From Burkholderiales bacterium (GTDB taxonomy: Bacteria; Pseudomonadota; Gammaproteobacteria; Burkholderiales; JAEUMW01), in NCBI GenBank assembly GCA_039807745.1, contig JBDHRV010000003.1, positions 1-62,390 of the forward strand: DNA of 62,390 bases, in the 5' to 3' direction. Of the stretch, positions 20,001-26,892 are shown one piece after another. Every line of letters starts with the position of its first letter. The first letter of the stretch is position 1. A program made the position numbers and the translations under genes. The notes under the pieces were generated by a model. It ran no database searches. It was given only the letters and a program-made list of their open reading frames with translations, and had not been told where the DNA came from.

Positions 20001-23000
20001 CGACGCCGAAGGGCGGGTTGGCGATCACGACGTCCTGCTTATGATCAGGCGCCGTGGCGTCGCTCATGGCATCGCCGACGACCGGATTGAAGCCCATCGC
20101 CTGCAGCGCTGCCGCGCGATCTGGATTCAGTTCGACCGCGTGCGTGTTCCTGGGACTCGCCTCGATCAGCAGCATGCCGTTGCCGGCCGAGGGCTCGTAG
20201 ACGGAGGTCTCGCTCGTGACGCCCGCGAGGCGCGAAGCCAGGAACGCGAGCGGCGCCGGGGTCGAGTACGCTTGCTGCGCCACGCTCGTCGAGGTGCGCG
20301 TGCTGAGCTTGGGCTGCTTGCGGTAGAGGTCCACGAGGTCAGCGAATGTGCGGGCCGGGTCGTTCCCTTCGCCCGCGATGTCGCGCGCTGCGGCCACCAC
20401 GGCCGTTTCGATGATTTCGTCGACGTACTTCAGATCAGCGTCGGTGATCGGTTGCCCGGTCAGTTCGCTGAGGAACTTGCGCGCCTCGACGATCGACTTG
20501 AACCCCTCGCCGCGCAGGCGGGACACAAGCGCATCCATCGCAGCGCCCACCGCCGCCGCTTCGGCGGCGTCATCGGTCTCGCTGGCGCTGGACTCCGGGG
20601 CCGTATCGACGGGTGCAGCCAGGTTGGCCTCCTGCCAACCGCGCGACCACTCCTTCGCCGCCTTCAGCGTCTGGTCAGCCGTGATGACTTCGGTCGGCAC
20701 GGCGGCCGGCTTGCCAGCCAGGAATGCAGCCTTGCCCTGCTCGTAGGGGCTCAGGGTCTGCGTGGGCCGCCCGGCGCTGTCCGCTTCATGCAGATCGAAT
20801 GCCTCGACGTCACCGGCCGAGTCCATCTGCTTCTCGAAGGGCTTTGCGCGCGGGTCGTACTTGACCGCCATGTACCACGACTTGAGGAACGGGCGCACCG
20901 CCTCGCCGAGATCGGCGATCATGGCCTCGGCGAAGGCCGCGAACGTGCGCGCGCCCTTCTCGATGTGATAGCCGGCGAGCGTGATGCCCGCGTTCAGCAG
21001 TTCGGGGTCAATGCCGGTGTTGATCTGCCCGAGTTTCTTGCGCAGCACCGCGCGCGCAGCTTCAGCGGCGTCCTCGGTGAAGATCGTGTTCTTCGAGGGT
21101 CTTGGGGCTGCCTTCGGCGCCGCGGTCTCGGTGAGGTCCGTCTGCTGGCGCGCCTGGCTGAACAAGTCGGACGGATCGCCGGTCTCGGTCGAGTCCTGCC
21201 CGCTGTTGCGCTTCTCGTCGCGCCGGCGCTGCTCGTCGGCGAGCGCCTGCTTCGATACCGGCGCCTCGCCGAACAGGTCGCGCTCTGGTGCCTTCCCGGC
21301 CGGCGGAGCCGGCGCGGCGTCTGGCGGTGCGGCGATCTCGTACTGCTTCGCGAGCCGATCCGCGAGCGCCGTGGCCGCCTCGCGCATTGCCGGCGTGTGG
21401 TCGGCCTGCTGGTTCGACGCGATGCCCCGCATCCAGTTATGCAGGATCGTGGCGGCGCCGTTGATCGCCTCCTCGCGCGTGTCAGCCATGCTCGGTACGC
21501 GGTCATCGAGCGGGCCGGTGCGGCCGAGCATGGTGCCGGTGCGGAACTGGTAGCCGGAGACCGCGCCCCACCGACCATCGGCGAAGCGCCCGAACAGGAT
21601 GTGGGCTTCGAGGCCCTTCTTGCCGCCGGTGATGAATTCGAGCCGTTCTTGGCTCTCGGGCCGCTCGGGGCGGCGCGGCGTTACTTTTGCCGGAGCTTCT
21701 TCGCGACCGCCGCGTCGAACATTTCCCGCATCTGCCTGATCGCCCCGGCGCGCTTCTCCGGCGGGAGGCTGCGCAGGAGGGCCTTGTCCTCCTGAATCAT
21801 CCGGTGCAGGGCCGGATTCCTCGCCGCGAGCGCTCTCGTTTTCTCGCCGGAACCACTCATCTTGCGCGCGTTCCTCGTCGTTGAGGTGGGCATGGTACTC
21901 CTGAATGTCCGCCTCGGACATCACGCTGGCGGCACGCTCCTCGGCCCGGCGCCGCAGCAACTTGACCAGATCCGCATCGCTGATCGCGTTGGCCCGGACG
22001 GTCTGTTCGGCCGCCTCGGTCATACCCTCGATGACGCGCTGCTCGCGCGCGGTGAGTTTCTCGCCCGCGAGCGCCTTCTCGACCAGCGCGACATAGTCGC
22101 CGTCCTTGCCGAGCTTGGTGGACAGGCCCGCGAACCACGGCTCATGCGGCAGCCATTTCGTGCGGCCAACGACGGTGCTGTAGTCCGGGCTGTCTGGGTC
22201 GTCGGACTTGCGGATCATGCGCCCGCCGGTCTCAGACCATCCGGCATGGGGCGCCATGCGGCGCAGTTCTTCGGTCACACCGGGGACGGCCAGCCGCTCC
22301 GCCGTCTCGGGCGCGACGTTCGGGTAGCGGGAATGGGCAGCTTCGTCCGGGGTGAGATCGGCCGCGCTGCCCTGCGGGCTCTGCGCCGGCGTGCTGTGCG
22401 CGCCATCGGCGAGCCAGGCCTTGAACTGTTCCGGCGTGAACTGCGCGATGCCGAGCAGGCCCTTCTCCATGCGCTGACCGAGCCGGCCGCTGAATGAGGC
22501 GCGGTAGGCGGCGCGCGCAGCGTCGACGTCGGCGTAGCCCATGAAGGTCTTGTGCTCGTCGAACTGCCCCGTCTCGAGGTTCGCCTGGTTGAACACGAAG
22601 ATGGGCAGCGAGGCGTTCTCGGGATCTGGCCCGAGCGTGACGTCGATGTGGTCCTTGTCCTTGCCGACGGTGCCGCGGATGTAGCCGTAGTGGTCCGGCA
22701 TCGTCGTTTTCCACGCCCTGCCGTCCTTGTTGGTACCGCTGCGCACCGACCCGCGCGGATTCTCGATGCTGATGTCGAGCCCCTGCACGCGGACATGGCC
22801 CTTGGCATAGTTGCCGGCCTCCTTCTGCGCCTCGGTGGGTTCGGCCTTGCCGTTCGTCGGCGAGGTCGCCGCAGCGTTCGCGGCCGCGTCGATCGACGAT
22901 GGCTGCTGAGCCGTTTGCGGCTCACCCTGGGCAGCGCCAGCCCCGGCGGCGGCCGTCTCGGCCCCTACCGCTGCCTCGCTACCGGCCTGGGGCTGCCCCG

Positions 23001-24657
23001 CTCCTGCGGCTCCTGCGTCGGTCTCAGGGGCGGTCCCGGTGGCGTCCGTGATCAGGTCGCGGAGCGCCTGCGCCGCCTCCGGCATCGTGATCTGCTTGCG
23101 CACCGCGGCCCGCGTGATCTGCTGCACAGCGCCGACGTCGATCCCCTCGGTGGCCTGCGCCTGACGGGCGAGCGCGCTCAGGGTCGCCATGTTGACCTGT
23201 TCGTCCACCGGCGCCGCAGCCTCCGGCGCGCCCCCGGGCGGCGGTGCGCCAGGCGGAGATCCCGGCGCCGTGCCAGCGGCCGGGGCGTCCGGCGCCGGGC
23301 TCGTGGCAGACGCTGCGCCGCCCGGCCGACCCGTCGCGTAACCGATGCCACCGCCGATCAGGCCACCCGCGGCCGCGCCGCCCACCGCCTGGTTCGCTGC
23401 CTGCAGGTACGGGTCGGCCTGATCACCTGTGACGCCCGCCTCGCGCAGCGCCAGCGCCTGCAGCGCACCCTCGGCGCCGGACTGCACGAACTCCTGCCCC
23501 ATTTCCTCGAGCGCACTGACGCCGGCGTTCGCCGCGCGGCCGCGCGCGGCATGCGCAGCCGCCTCGGCGACGCGGCCGGTCAACAACTGGCGCGCGCGAC
23601 CGGCGACCGGGCCGGCGATCGGGCCAGCGGCGAACGTCGTCGCCGCGACCTTCAGGCCCGTAGCGCTGCCGAGCTCGTTGGCGAGTGTCTCGCGGGCATA
23701 GAGAAATCGCTCCTCTGGACCAAGTTCCTGCGCAGCGTCGTAGATTTCCATGAACCGCGGGGAATGGCGCAGCGTCGCCATGTCGAGCGCGTTGACCTGA
23801 TCACGCACCTGCTGCTCGGCAAGTGGTGCCGCGACGGAGGTCTCGCCGAGCCCGTAGCCGGCAGCGTCGAGGATGGCGTCGATCTTCTTCAGGCGCGCCT
23901 CGGCGGCCGTATTGCCGGCGCGCGCGAGACGCTCGAGACCGGCGCGGCGGAACAGCCCCTTCGTGCCCGAGCGCAACAGCTGAGCGGCACCACCACCGGC
24001 GCCGATGCCTGCGACGACACCGGGGATACTTTGTCCCGCCTGCCCGAGCAGCGTGAGGATGTCTGCGTCGCCCCATGTGAGGTTGCCCTCGGCGTCGCGG
24101 CCGACCCAGTTCTTCTGCAGCGAGGCCTGCATCTGCGGGCTCATCTCGCTCTGGATGTCCTGCTGCAGGGCCTGGAACGCGGCATCGCGCACCTGGGTCT
24201 GCTCGCCGAGCTGCTGCACGACGTCGAGGTTCGCCTTCGGGTTCACCTTCTGCGCGACGTTGCCCATGAGGCGTATCGCCGCTTCCTGCACGGTCCCCGG
24301 TGTCGGGATCGGCGAGGTGGCGACCTCGCGCACAAGGTTTGCCGTTCCGCTGGCGAGCACCTTCGGCGCATCGGACAACTTGCCGCGGGTGAACGGCGAG
24401 AAGAAGGCGTCGAGCGCGCCTCGCGGCAACTGGTCCGGCGAGTACAGTCGCTGCTGTGGGTCGATCGTCGGCTGCTGCGGCTGCGACGGGATCAGTTCCT
24501 GCGCGGCAGGACGCCCCCATGATTCATCGAGCAGTGGATCGACGCCGCGATCCGGCAGCGACCGCGCAAGCTGGATCAGCGGGTCGCGGTCGAAGTCATC
24601 GCTCGCGGAAAGATTCGCGAGAAGTTCGCCCTCATCAAAGAGGGGGATGCGGGCCAT
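11032..24657 (-). CDS. Giant polyvalent protein (4541 aa), probably virion-packaged or ejected
   Basis: Single uninterrupted ORF with ATGA overlaps at both ends. It lies between ejection-type proteins and terL. Several enzyme motifs are listed below as sub-features. Confidence 0.9.
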   Translation of the reverse strand: MARIPLFDEGELLANLSASDDFDRDPLIQLARSLPDRGVDPLLDESWGRPAAQELIPSQPQQPTIDPQQRLYSPDQLPRGALDAFFSPFTRGKLSDAPKVLASGTANLVREVATSPIPTPGTVQEAAIRLMGNVAQKVNPKANLDVVQQLGEQTQVRDAAFQALQQDIQSEMSPQMQASLQKNWVGRDAEGNLTWGDADILTLLGQAGQSIPGVVAGIGAGGGAAQLLRSGTKGLFRRAGLERLARAGNTAAEARLKKIDAILDAAGYGLGETSVAAPLAEQQVRDQVNALDMATLRHSPRFMEIYDAAQELGPEERFLYARETLANELGSATGLKVAATTFAAGPIAGPVAGRARQLLTGRVAEAAAHAARGRAANAGVSALEEMGQEFVQSGAEGALQALALREAGVTGDQADPYLQAANQAVGGAAAGGLIGGGIGYATGRPGGAASATSPAPDAPAAGTAPGSPPGAPPPGGAPEAAAPVDEQVNMATLSALARQAQATEGIDVGAVQQITRAAVRKQITMPEAAQALRDLITDATGTAPETDAGAAGAGQPQAGSEAAVGAETAAAGAGAAQGEPQTAQQPSSIDAAANAAATSPTNGKAEPTEAQKEAGNYAKGHVRVQGLDISIENPRGSVRSGTNKDGRAWKTTMPDHYGYIRGTVGKDKDHIDVTLGPDPENASLPIFVFNQANLETGQFDEHKTFMGYADVDAARAAYRASFSGRLGQRMEKGLLGIAQFTPEQFKAWLADGAHSTPAQSPQGSAADLTPDEAAHSRYPNVAPETAERLAVPGVTEELRRMAPHAGWSETGGRMIRKSDDPDSPDYSTVVGRTKWLPHEPWFAGLSTKLGKDGDYVALVEKALAGEKLTAREQRVIEGMTEAAEQTVRANAISDADLVKLLRRRAEERAASVMSEADIQEYHAHLNDEERAQDEWFRRENESARGEESGPAPDDSGGQGPPAQPPAGEARRGDQADAGNVRRGGREEAPAKVTPRRPERPESQERLEFITGGKKGLEAHILFGRFADGRWGAVSGYQFRTGTMLGRTGPLDDRVPSMADTREEAINGAATILHNWMRGIASNQQADHTPAMREAATALADRLAKQYEIAAPPDAAPAPPAGKAPERDLFGEAPVSKQALADEQRRRDEKRNSGQDSTETGDPSDLFSQARQQTDLTETAAPKAAPRPSKNTIFTEDAAEAARAVLRKKLGQINTGIDPELLNAGITLAGYHIEKGARTFAAFAEAMIADLGEAVRPFLKSWYMAVKYDPRAKPFEKQMDSAGDVEAFDLHEADSAGRPTQTLSPYEQGKAAFLAGKPAAVPTEVITADQTLKAAKEWSRGWQEANLAAPVDTAPESSASETDDAAEAAAVGAAMDALVSRLRGEGFKSIVEARKFLSELTGQPITDADLKYVDEIIETAVVAAARDIAGEGNDPARTFADLVDLYRKQPKLSTRTSTSVAQQAYSTPAPLAFLASRLAGVTSETSVYEPSAGNGMLLIEASPRNTHAVELNPDRAAALQAMGFNPVVGDAMSDATAPDHKQDVVIANPPFGVVRTDSGATRGFTVDVGGDFPSMQTNEIDHAISLHALSYLKDDGRAVLIIGGINKLARTEEARSDAYNGAAKRKFFYHLYRLYNVVDHFTVAGELYERQGAGWPVDVIVIHGRGKSSRDLPAADVPRVYSDWAAMAPLLESGDGQASGLGADAEGTGRVPRGGLVRPDSGAGSRSVSGPARGPDTGAGGRLSQSAGGGRAAAPESVGRGAVSGRGERATGVGGEPTGLEQSGDSRAAGSARGAARPGSEAGGNAGSANADRGGPGRSDGSARGVGRPDGKAPVASEGQSPYEPTSSADSVGTLVPSNMRSAIADSLSALVDRVGPLDEYVARELGYEPSSIGKYFSGEQVDALALALDQMQRGAGFIIGDQTGVGKGRVVAGVIRYALKNGRTPIFVTEKPNLYADMYRDLTDIGMQDIRPLMTNAGEKVPLDDDGKVVLKTPAGKAHSQALEEMASTGDLGAHNIVFTTYSQMQTLKGAETSRMAFLRAIAPNAIVIFDESHNAGGNDSARKNQRQMEADAGSKKTGRAAFARALAGLASGVFYSSATYAKRPSVMDLYFKTDMRMAVGGNVEALPDAIQAGGVPLQQVVASMLARAGQYIRRERSFEGVEYNTAETTVDRPAAEQISAIMLSVKEFDDAKKEAVKALAQAAKREAKQISGDGVTGAAGAESTNFTSIMHNAIDQMLLGLKAERAAELAIEALKRGEKPVITVANTMGSFIEEYAEAAGMKSGDAINLTFGDLLARYLERSRDVRIKSPDGTSSRHRMSDEELGPFALSAYRAAEALVRGAGEIASMPVSPIDWIHARIQAAGYTSGEITGRTHTIDYSSAGGRPIYRSRGSKATSIFGRRKTITDFNSGKLDVVVLNQAGATGLSLHASEKFKDKRRRRMIIAQAEKNIDTHMQMLGRVHRTGQVVAPAYDQLVADVPAEKRPAAVLAKKMASLNANTTASRTSAVTSKDTVDFLNQYGDEVVAQLMADLPDVHRRLGEPLDNDSEGFVTEDAARKVTGRIPLLPVAEQEELYDMIESGYREAIARADAMGENALEAKTLELDAKTTERRTLFEREGDSNSPFADAAYLETVDAKRLGKPYTSEQVRELAAGEAGLGKDAAWDDIKDAAAEKWRRTASDTRDSFQQYRAGLEKAMFDAGAKDVVARARLGVLDGQFDRWKGLADTLTPGETYELQLKNGAVFYGVLLDITRKKGVKMPVANGSWVARFAVADGARQIALPFSKLTTSREDAARPEARVTYVEARAEHPLLGSILKMFDAGQSTSRENRHIVTGNLLAGFSKLPRGQIVHYTDDTGATRQGVLLPRNFDIKEFEAAQPIELPPAAAMKLLKSHPQARVETADGSVRLLADGDGFLLSTPRSKSGGGDVYLDPQVRAITGDFVSVANSMRAGITAEQARRVLPILAEKFGPLQAESHHKEAIAAGGRRAIGNVVPPDSTDSTQVRENAAVYEGEAAKDPKVRARRRKVAASRPAKAGRGNVQPAGPVQIDIFANDALPLQGQQAARTFDRVALVETGRFKTGITTIDEWTAAAHIIAPLRKIPQEQFLMLAIDKRRRPLAVLRHTVGLRDSSNVDPGTVFGHIASVPNVAKVYFAHNHPSGVIEQSEADHLITDHLNALMRGSGIEVGGMIVVAPGSRKASLYTPGTYGDLDQRIQPAVRKESVPMLERRFTRIQPDKFIVRSSAYVKEAIERFASRMESGLLFLNGRHHVVGVLPTSVAEMGRLRTDDPRTSHARLFAEASKANASAAIAVVPEGEESVNAARNAMTALAAGNIRDLDIAQRGANGSLRMASDRSERITNDAFYSRAGATPAAGASVTQVKEWLSAAIEKTRGAANTHVVADVAALREATGDPSIPDDVEGVYFDGESRIYLVASALPTREEALRKYTHEMFGHLALEQYGDIDRAVRMVRNMRRMGSKSIGALWQEVALTQPGLDPVRHAKEVIALMAERGVKNSMLDRLLAWARDLLRSWGVDIEYSDAEVRALIARAARALQEAARISGADRVRAAKIDAAATEEAALRQLNAMDLADSPLIGSGAPLDAYYTRPAVLDKETLGETDIEALDDAIAAALFETPGPDRERLYSRRAPEDPEITRIRRHVMANAAHEGLPLKDRMRLFITRVTDISGLAMRQAIVNKFQSIAAYERLMNAGKLLDAALSPYKQTVATQNLGSVMSAILHKGIPAWVNGAYTVANDGRKGILEIFAPLVNHPDGNLLPQWELYAAARRASRLIEEGRERLFTQEMIDRSLELEQKYPIFKDVFDDWQTFNTQTLDMAQEAGLIDPEARAIWERHDYVPFYRAMESVSGRVNAVSLKKSIANQRARIRTLFGGTSPLEDVFESMLMNTAHLVDASFKNRAAQAIVTAFDGVATTRLPKVVQPTTISADQAMRALRAAGVNLVGQEPSSDYLTLFRRVAPVGKNIVSVMFDGKPQYFEVHDPLLLQSIVEMSPNEWLRQIDLFTFGLLSGSKRLLTRAVTAMPGFIMANYLRDTASNVVQNQNKSVGDMLKLTFITESLKGAVAYIADNPVVAEMMMSGAGGDQVYDNERGNLKRTLMREMSDSAARTRLEEMAGTMVSPRRLWKVYTKVQQASENANRIATYRLVRERGGTHAEAAYQAHDVLNFQQRGAHPAMQLLVMMVPFLNARIQGLDRLARGFTANRMGFMFKGLMLTAVTIALMGLGDDDERYRELPQWDRDANWHLFLGKLHLRIPKPFEVGALFGTVPERMIRLMRGQDRFRDVAQSLVRMVTDTFAFNPVPQAFKPVLEAWAGRSFFTNRPILSIAERNLLPEAQYRPWTSPTLISIAQAMPDAAPAFMRSPLQLEHLIRGYLGGMGMMALEVADRSVRAAGGYYDAPSQSPVDVMLRRFARTGEPRVTRWHDELYRMMDAADEAARTVSKLQGERLFEQAREVAKENRQALLLRPKLNHLAKRMRELNAQLRRVQGSRTLTGDQKRAEIERLNAARNDIARQVEPYAGLF
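11035..13710 (-). other. Giant protein aa ~3650-4541: unrecognised C-terminal region with one hydrophobic segment
   Basis: I recognise no motif here. The TM-like FMFKGLMLTAVTIALMGLG lies at nt ~11926-11979, and there is a terminal coiled-coil-like tail. Confidence 0.5.
14068..14475 (-). other. Giant protein aa ~3395-3530: zincin-like metallopeptidase candidate
   Basis: YTHEMFGHLALEQYG, i.e. an HExxGH hexapeptide (nt 14290-14307). This spacing is known from M49 DPP-III. Confidence 0.4.
15058..15435 (-). other. Giant protein aa ~3075-3200: RadC-like JAB/JAMM module
   Basis: FAHNHPSGVIEQSEAD (nt 15172-15189 encode HNHPSG), which fits the JAMM H.H...S..D arrangement. Confidence 0.75.
17098..18975 (-). 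other. Giant protein aa ~1895-2520: Strawberry-notch-type SF2 helicase module
   Basis: P-loop GDQTGVGKGR, DExH box FDESH (nt 18496-18507), and C-terminal LNQAGATGLSLHA...MLGRVHRTGQ. Confidence 0.8.
19138..19584 (-). other. Giant protein aa ~1692-1840: Gly/Arg/Ser/Ala low-complexity linker
   Basis: GDGQASGLGADAEGTGRVPRGG...GGPGRSDGSARGVGRPDG. No secondary-structure-like pattern is visible. Confidence 0.7.
19648..20295 (-). other. Giant protein aa ~1455-1670: N6-adenine DNA methyltransferase module
   Basis: Motif I VYEPSAGNG (nt 20176-20196) and motif IV NPPF (nt 20008-20019). Confidence 0.8.
22522..22824 (-). other. Giant protein aa ~612-712: family-I inorganic-pyrophosphatase-like module
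   Basis: GNYAKGHVRVQGLDISIENPRGSVRSG...W...MPDHYGYIRGTVGKDKDHIDVTLG parallels the PPase E.P.GS / YG.I..T...DGD..DV motifs. Confidence 0.55.
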
Positions 24658-25328
24658 CAGGGCCCCGCGTCGGGAATCAAGAACTGCGATCTCGTCGCGC
24701 CTTGATTGTCCTCGCTGAACGATCTCGGCAGCGGGAATTTGCCGATCTGCTCATCCAGTGCGCGCCGCCTCTGATCAGCTTCTTTCAGGTCGGACAACAA
24801 ACTGGCGGCGAACTCATCGGTCTGCGCGAGCCTACCGAAGCCCTCGGCCCCCGCGTCGCCCGTCAAGGCCGAGCCGATCGTCTGTTTCTGGTAGGCCGCG
24901 ATCTTCTGTTTGGCGCGCGAGATGTCGTCGATCGCCTTCTGGCGCTGAGAGGTCAAGCCCTCGCGATAGCGGGTATCTTCGCGTCGCGCTTCGCTCTCTC
25001 GCTGAGAAGTCTCTCGGTTCGATGCGCGCGTTTCCTGCGCCTCGATCAGCTGCTTCTGACGCCCGAAGGCGCCGCGCTCGCGCGTCTCGGCGCGCTCGTC
25101 GGCGTGCTTCTGCAGCATCTCGGCCTTCTCGTACTGCTTGTCGGAGAGCTCGAGCGCGTTCTTGTGGCGCACACCCTCGGTCTCGAGGTCGAGCTTCTGG
25201 CGCAGGCGCAGCAGGTTCTCCTGGCGCATCTGCTCGACTTCCTGCTCTTCGCGCCGCGCCGCGCGCCCGGCCATGATGTTCAAGCCTTCCGCGGCCCCGG
25301 CAAGACCTTGCGACCAGTTCAGTCCCAT
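24657..25328 (-). CDS. Charged coiled-coil protein (223 aa), internal-virion/ejection candidate
   Basis: ATG 25328 (ATGA overlap). Very Glu/Arg/Gln/Lys-rich helical sequence. Confidence 0.55.
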   Translation of the reverse strand: MGLNWSQGLAGAAEGLNIMAGRAARREEQEVEQMRQENLLRLRQKLDLETEGVRHKNALELSDKQYEKAEMLQKHADERAETRERGAFGRQKQLIEAQETRASNRETSQRESEARREDTRYREGLTSQRQKAIDDISRAKQKIAAYQKQTIGSALTGDAGAEGFGRLAQTDEFAASLLSDLKEADQRRRALDEQIGKFPLPRSFSEDNQGATRSQFLIPDAGP

Positions 25329-25993
25329 CAGCCTGCCTCCTGTGGCGCGCCCGCCGAGGCGCCAGCCGGCGCGAGCTGGCTCTGCGCCATCTGCATGAAC
25401 TCGGGGTCTGCCGTGCCGCTCTCGACTTCCTGTGCGACACCGCGCGCCCACTCGTCCTGCGCCTCTGCCGTGCGCCGCTCACCGTCCGGCCCGCGCAGCT
25501 GCGCCTCGCCGTAGGCTTTCGTCGCCTCGAGCATCGCCATGCGCACCTGCTGGTCGAACTCTGTGCCGCCCTGCCCGACTTCCTCCTGCGAGTCGTCCGG
25601 TGCGTCGAACGGGAAGATGCCGGCGGCGACGCCGACCTGCATCAGTTCCGGCACGACGTAGCCAGCGGCTTCCTCGAGGATGTCCTCGGCGACTGGCTCG
25701 CGCGTGCCCGCCTGCTTCTGGTCGCTGACCGTCGACAGGATGCGATAGGCGGCGCGGCCGACGACTTCCGCGACGGACTGCGAGGGGTCGTGCAGCATCT
25801 GCAGCGTCTGATCGCGCGACTCGCGGCCGTGGATGAAGCGCAGGGACTTGTTGACGACCTGGCTGAGCTCGGCCTCCTCGCCCGGCGTTGCGGGGATCTC
25901 GCCGCTCGCTGGCTCGCCGCCCGGGATGAGCTGCGGGCGCACGCTCTGCGGGTCTGCCGCGGCGGCCGGCGGCTGCGCGCGCGGCGGCGTCAC
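25328..25993 (-). CDS. Hypothetical acidic protein (221 aa)
   Basis: GTGA overlap at 25990-25993. Table ORF. Confidence 0.55.
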   Translation of the reverse strand: MTPPRAQPPAAAADPQSVRPQLIPGGEPASGEIPATPGEEAELSQVVNKSLRFIHGRESRDQTLQMLHDPSQSVAEVVGRAAYRILSTVSDQKQAGTREPVAEDILEEAAGYVVPELMQVGVAAGIFPFDAPDDSQEEVGQGGTEFDQQVRMAMLEATKAYGEAQLRGPDGERRTAEAQDEWARGVAQEVESGTADPEFMQMAQSQLAPAGASAGAPQEAG

Positions 25994-26892
25994 GCCACAC
26001 CTCCCTGCATGGTAGCGAAGTCATCCATGTAGCTCGGGATCAGTTCCGAGGTGCCGGCGCCGTAGCGATACGGCTGGCTCACCATCGCCGCGCGCGAGGC
26101 GCGCACATCCGCTGGCGCCTGATTCGACACACTCGGCAGGTTCGGACGACTCGGGGACGCCTTCTCCGTCGAGGGCTGCTCGGTCGGGATGAGCGAGGCC
26201 GCCGTGGGACCTTTGCCTTCATCACCGTAGAACGCGCCCTTCCAGCGTTTCTGCGCCTCGGCGATCTGGCGCGCCGACGGTTGGAGCAGGCCGCTCACCG
26301 CCTTCATGCCCGTCGAGGCGAGCAGCAGCTTGTCGGACAGCGCCATGCCGGCCTGTGCGGTACCACCCGCCGCCGCCGGAGTGACGGACGCGACGCCGGC
26401 CTCGGCGGCTGCCTTGGTCGCCGCGATCGGCGCGCCGCCCGCCACGCTCGTCGCCGCTGGCGTCACGGCCACGGCAGCCTGTGATGCCGCTGGCGTGATC
26501 AGTCCTGCCGCACCGGCTTTCGTCGCGCCGGCCGCCAACGCGCCAGCGCTCACGCCGGTCTCGGCGAGCGCTGCCACAGACGTTCCCTTCGCCAGCGCAC
26601 CACCGACGAGTCCGCCGCTCTTGCCGAGCGCAGCCAGTCCGAACTTCGCTGCGACCTTGGTGAAGATGCCGGTGCCCGCGGAGGCACCGGCACCGATGCC
26701 GGTGCCGAGTATTCCTCCCCCTGCGAATCCTGGCATCGATGCCGCGAAACTCGCCGTGGCCGGCATGGCCGAGAGCGCGAGCCCCGCGGTGAAGTAGATC
26801 GCCACCGCCGCGAGAATCGGCTTCCAGACTTTTTTGACGATCTTGACGACCTTCTTGAAGACCTTCTTCACCGCTTTCGCTACACCGCTCAT
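25990..26892 (-). CDS. Gly/Ala-rich membrane-active protein (300 aa), ejection-channel candidate
   Basis: Lys-rich amphipathic N-terminus, TM segment ILAAVAIYFTAGLALSA, and long glycine-zipper-like stretches. Confidence 0.55.
   Translation of the reverse strand: MSGVAKAVKKVFKKVVKIVKKVWKPILAAVAIYFTAGLALSAMPATASFAASMPGFAGGGILGTGIGAGASAGTGIFTKVAAKFGLAALGKSGGLVGGALAKGTSVAALAETGVSAGALAAGATKAGAAGLITPAASQAAVAVTPAATSVAGGAPIAATKAAAEAGVASVTPAAAGGTAQAGMALSDKLLLASTGMKAVSGLLQPSARQIAEAQKRWKGAFYGDEGKGPTAASLIPTEQPSTEKASPSRPNLPSVSNQAPADVRASRAAMVSQPYRYGAGTSELIPSYMDDFATMQGGVA

Noticed and set aside
11188-24522. Long plus-strand ORFs (768, 887, 390, 469, 741 and 656 aa) antisense to the giant gene
   Set aside because: They are Arg/Gly/Ala/His-rich with no motifs. 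They lie exactly opposite a strongly supported coding frame. They are typical shadow ORFs of high-GC DNA.
11032-24657. N4-like virion RNA polymerase as the identity of the giant ORF
   Set aside because: I could not find T7-like RNAP motifs. The recognisable motifs are MTase, helicase, JAB and PPase-like. The genome also has a lambda-type switch, which implies use of the host RNAP.
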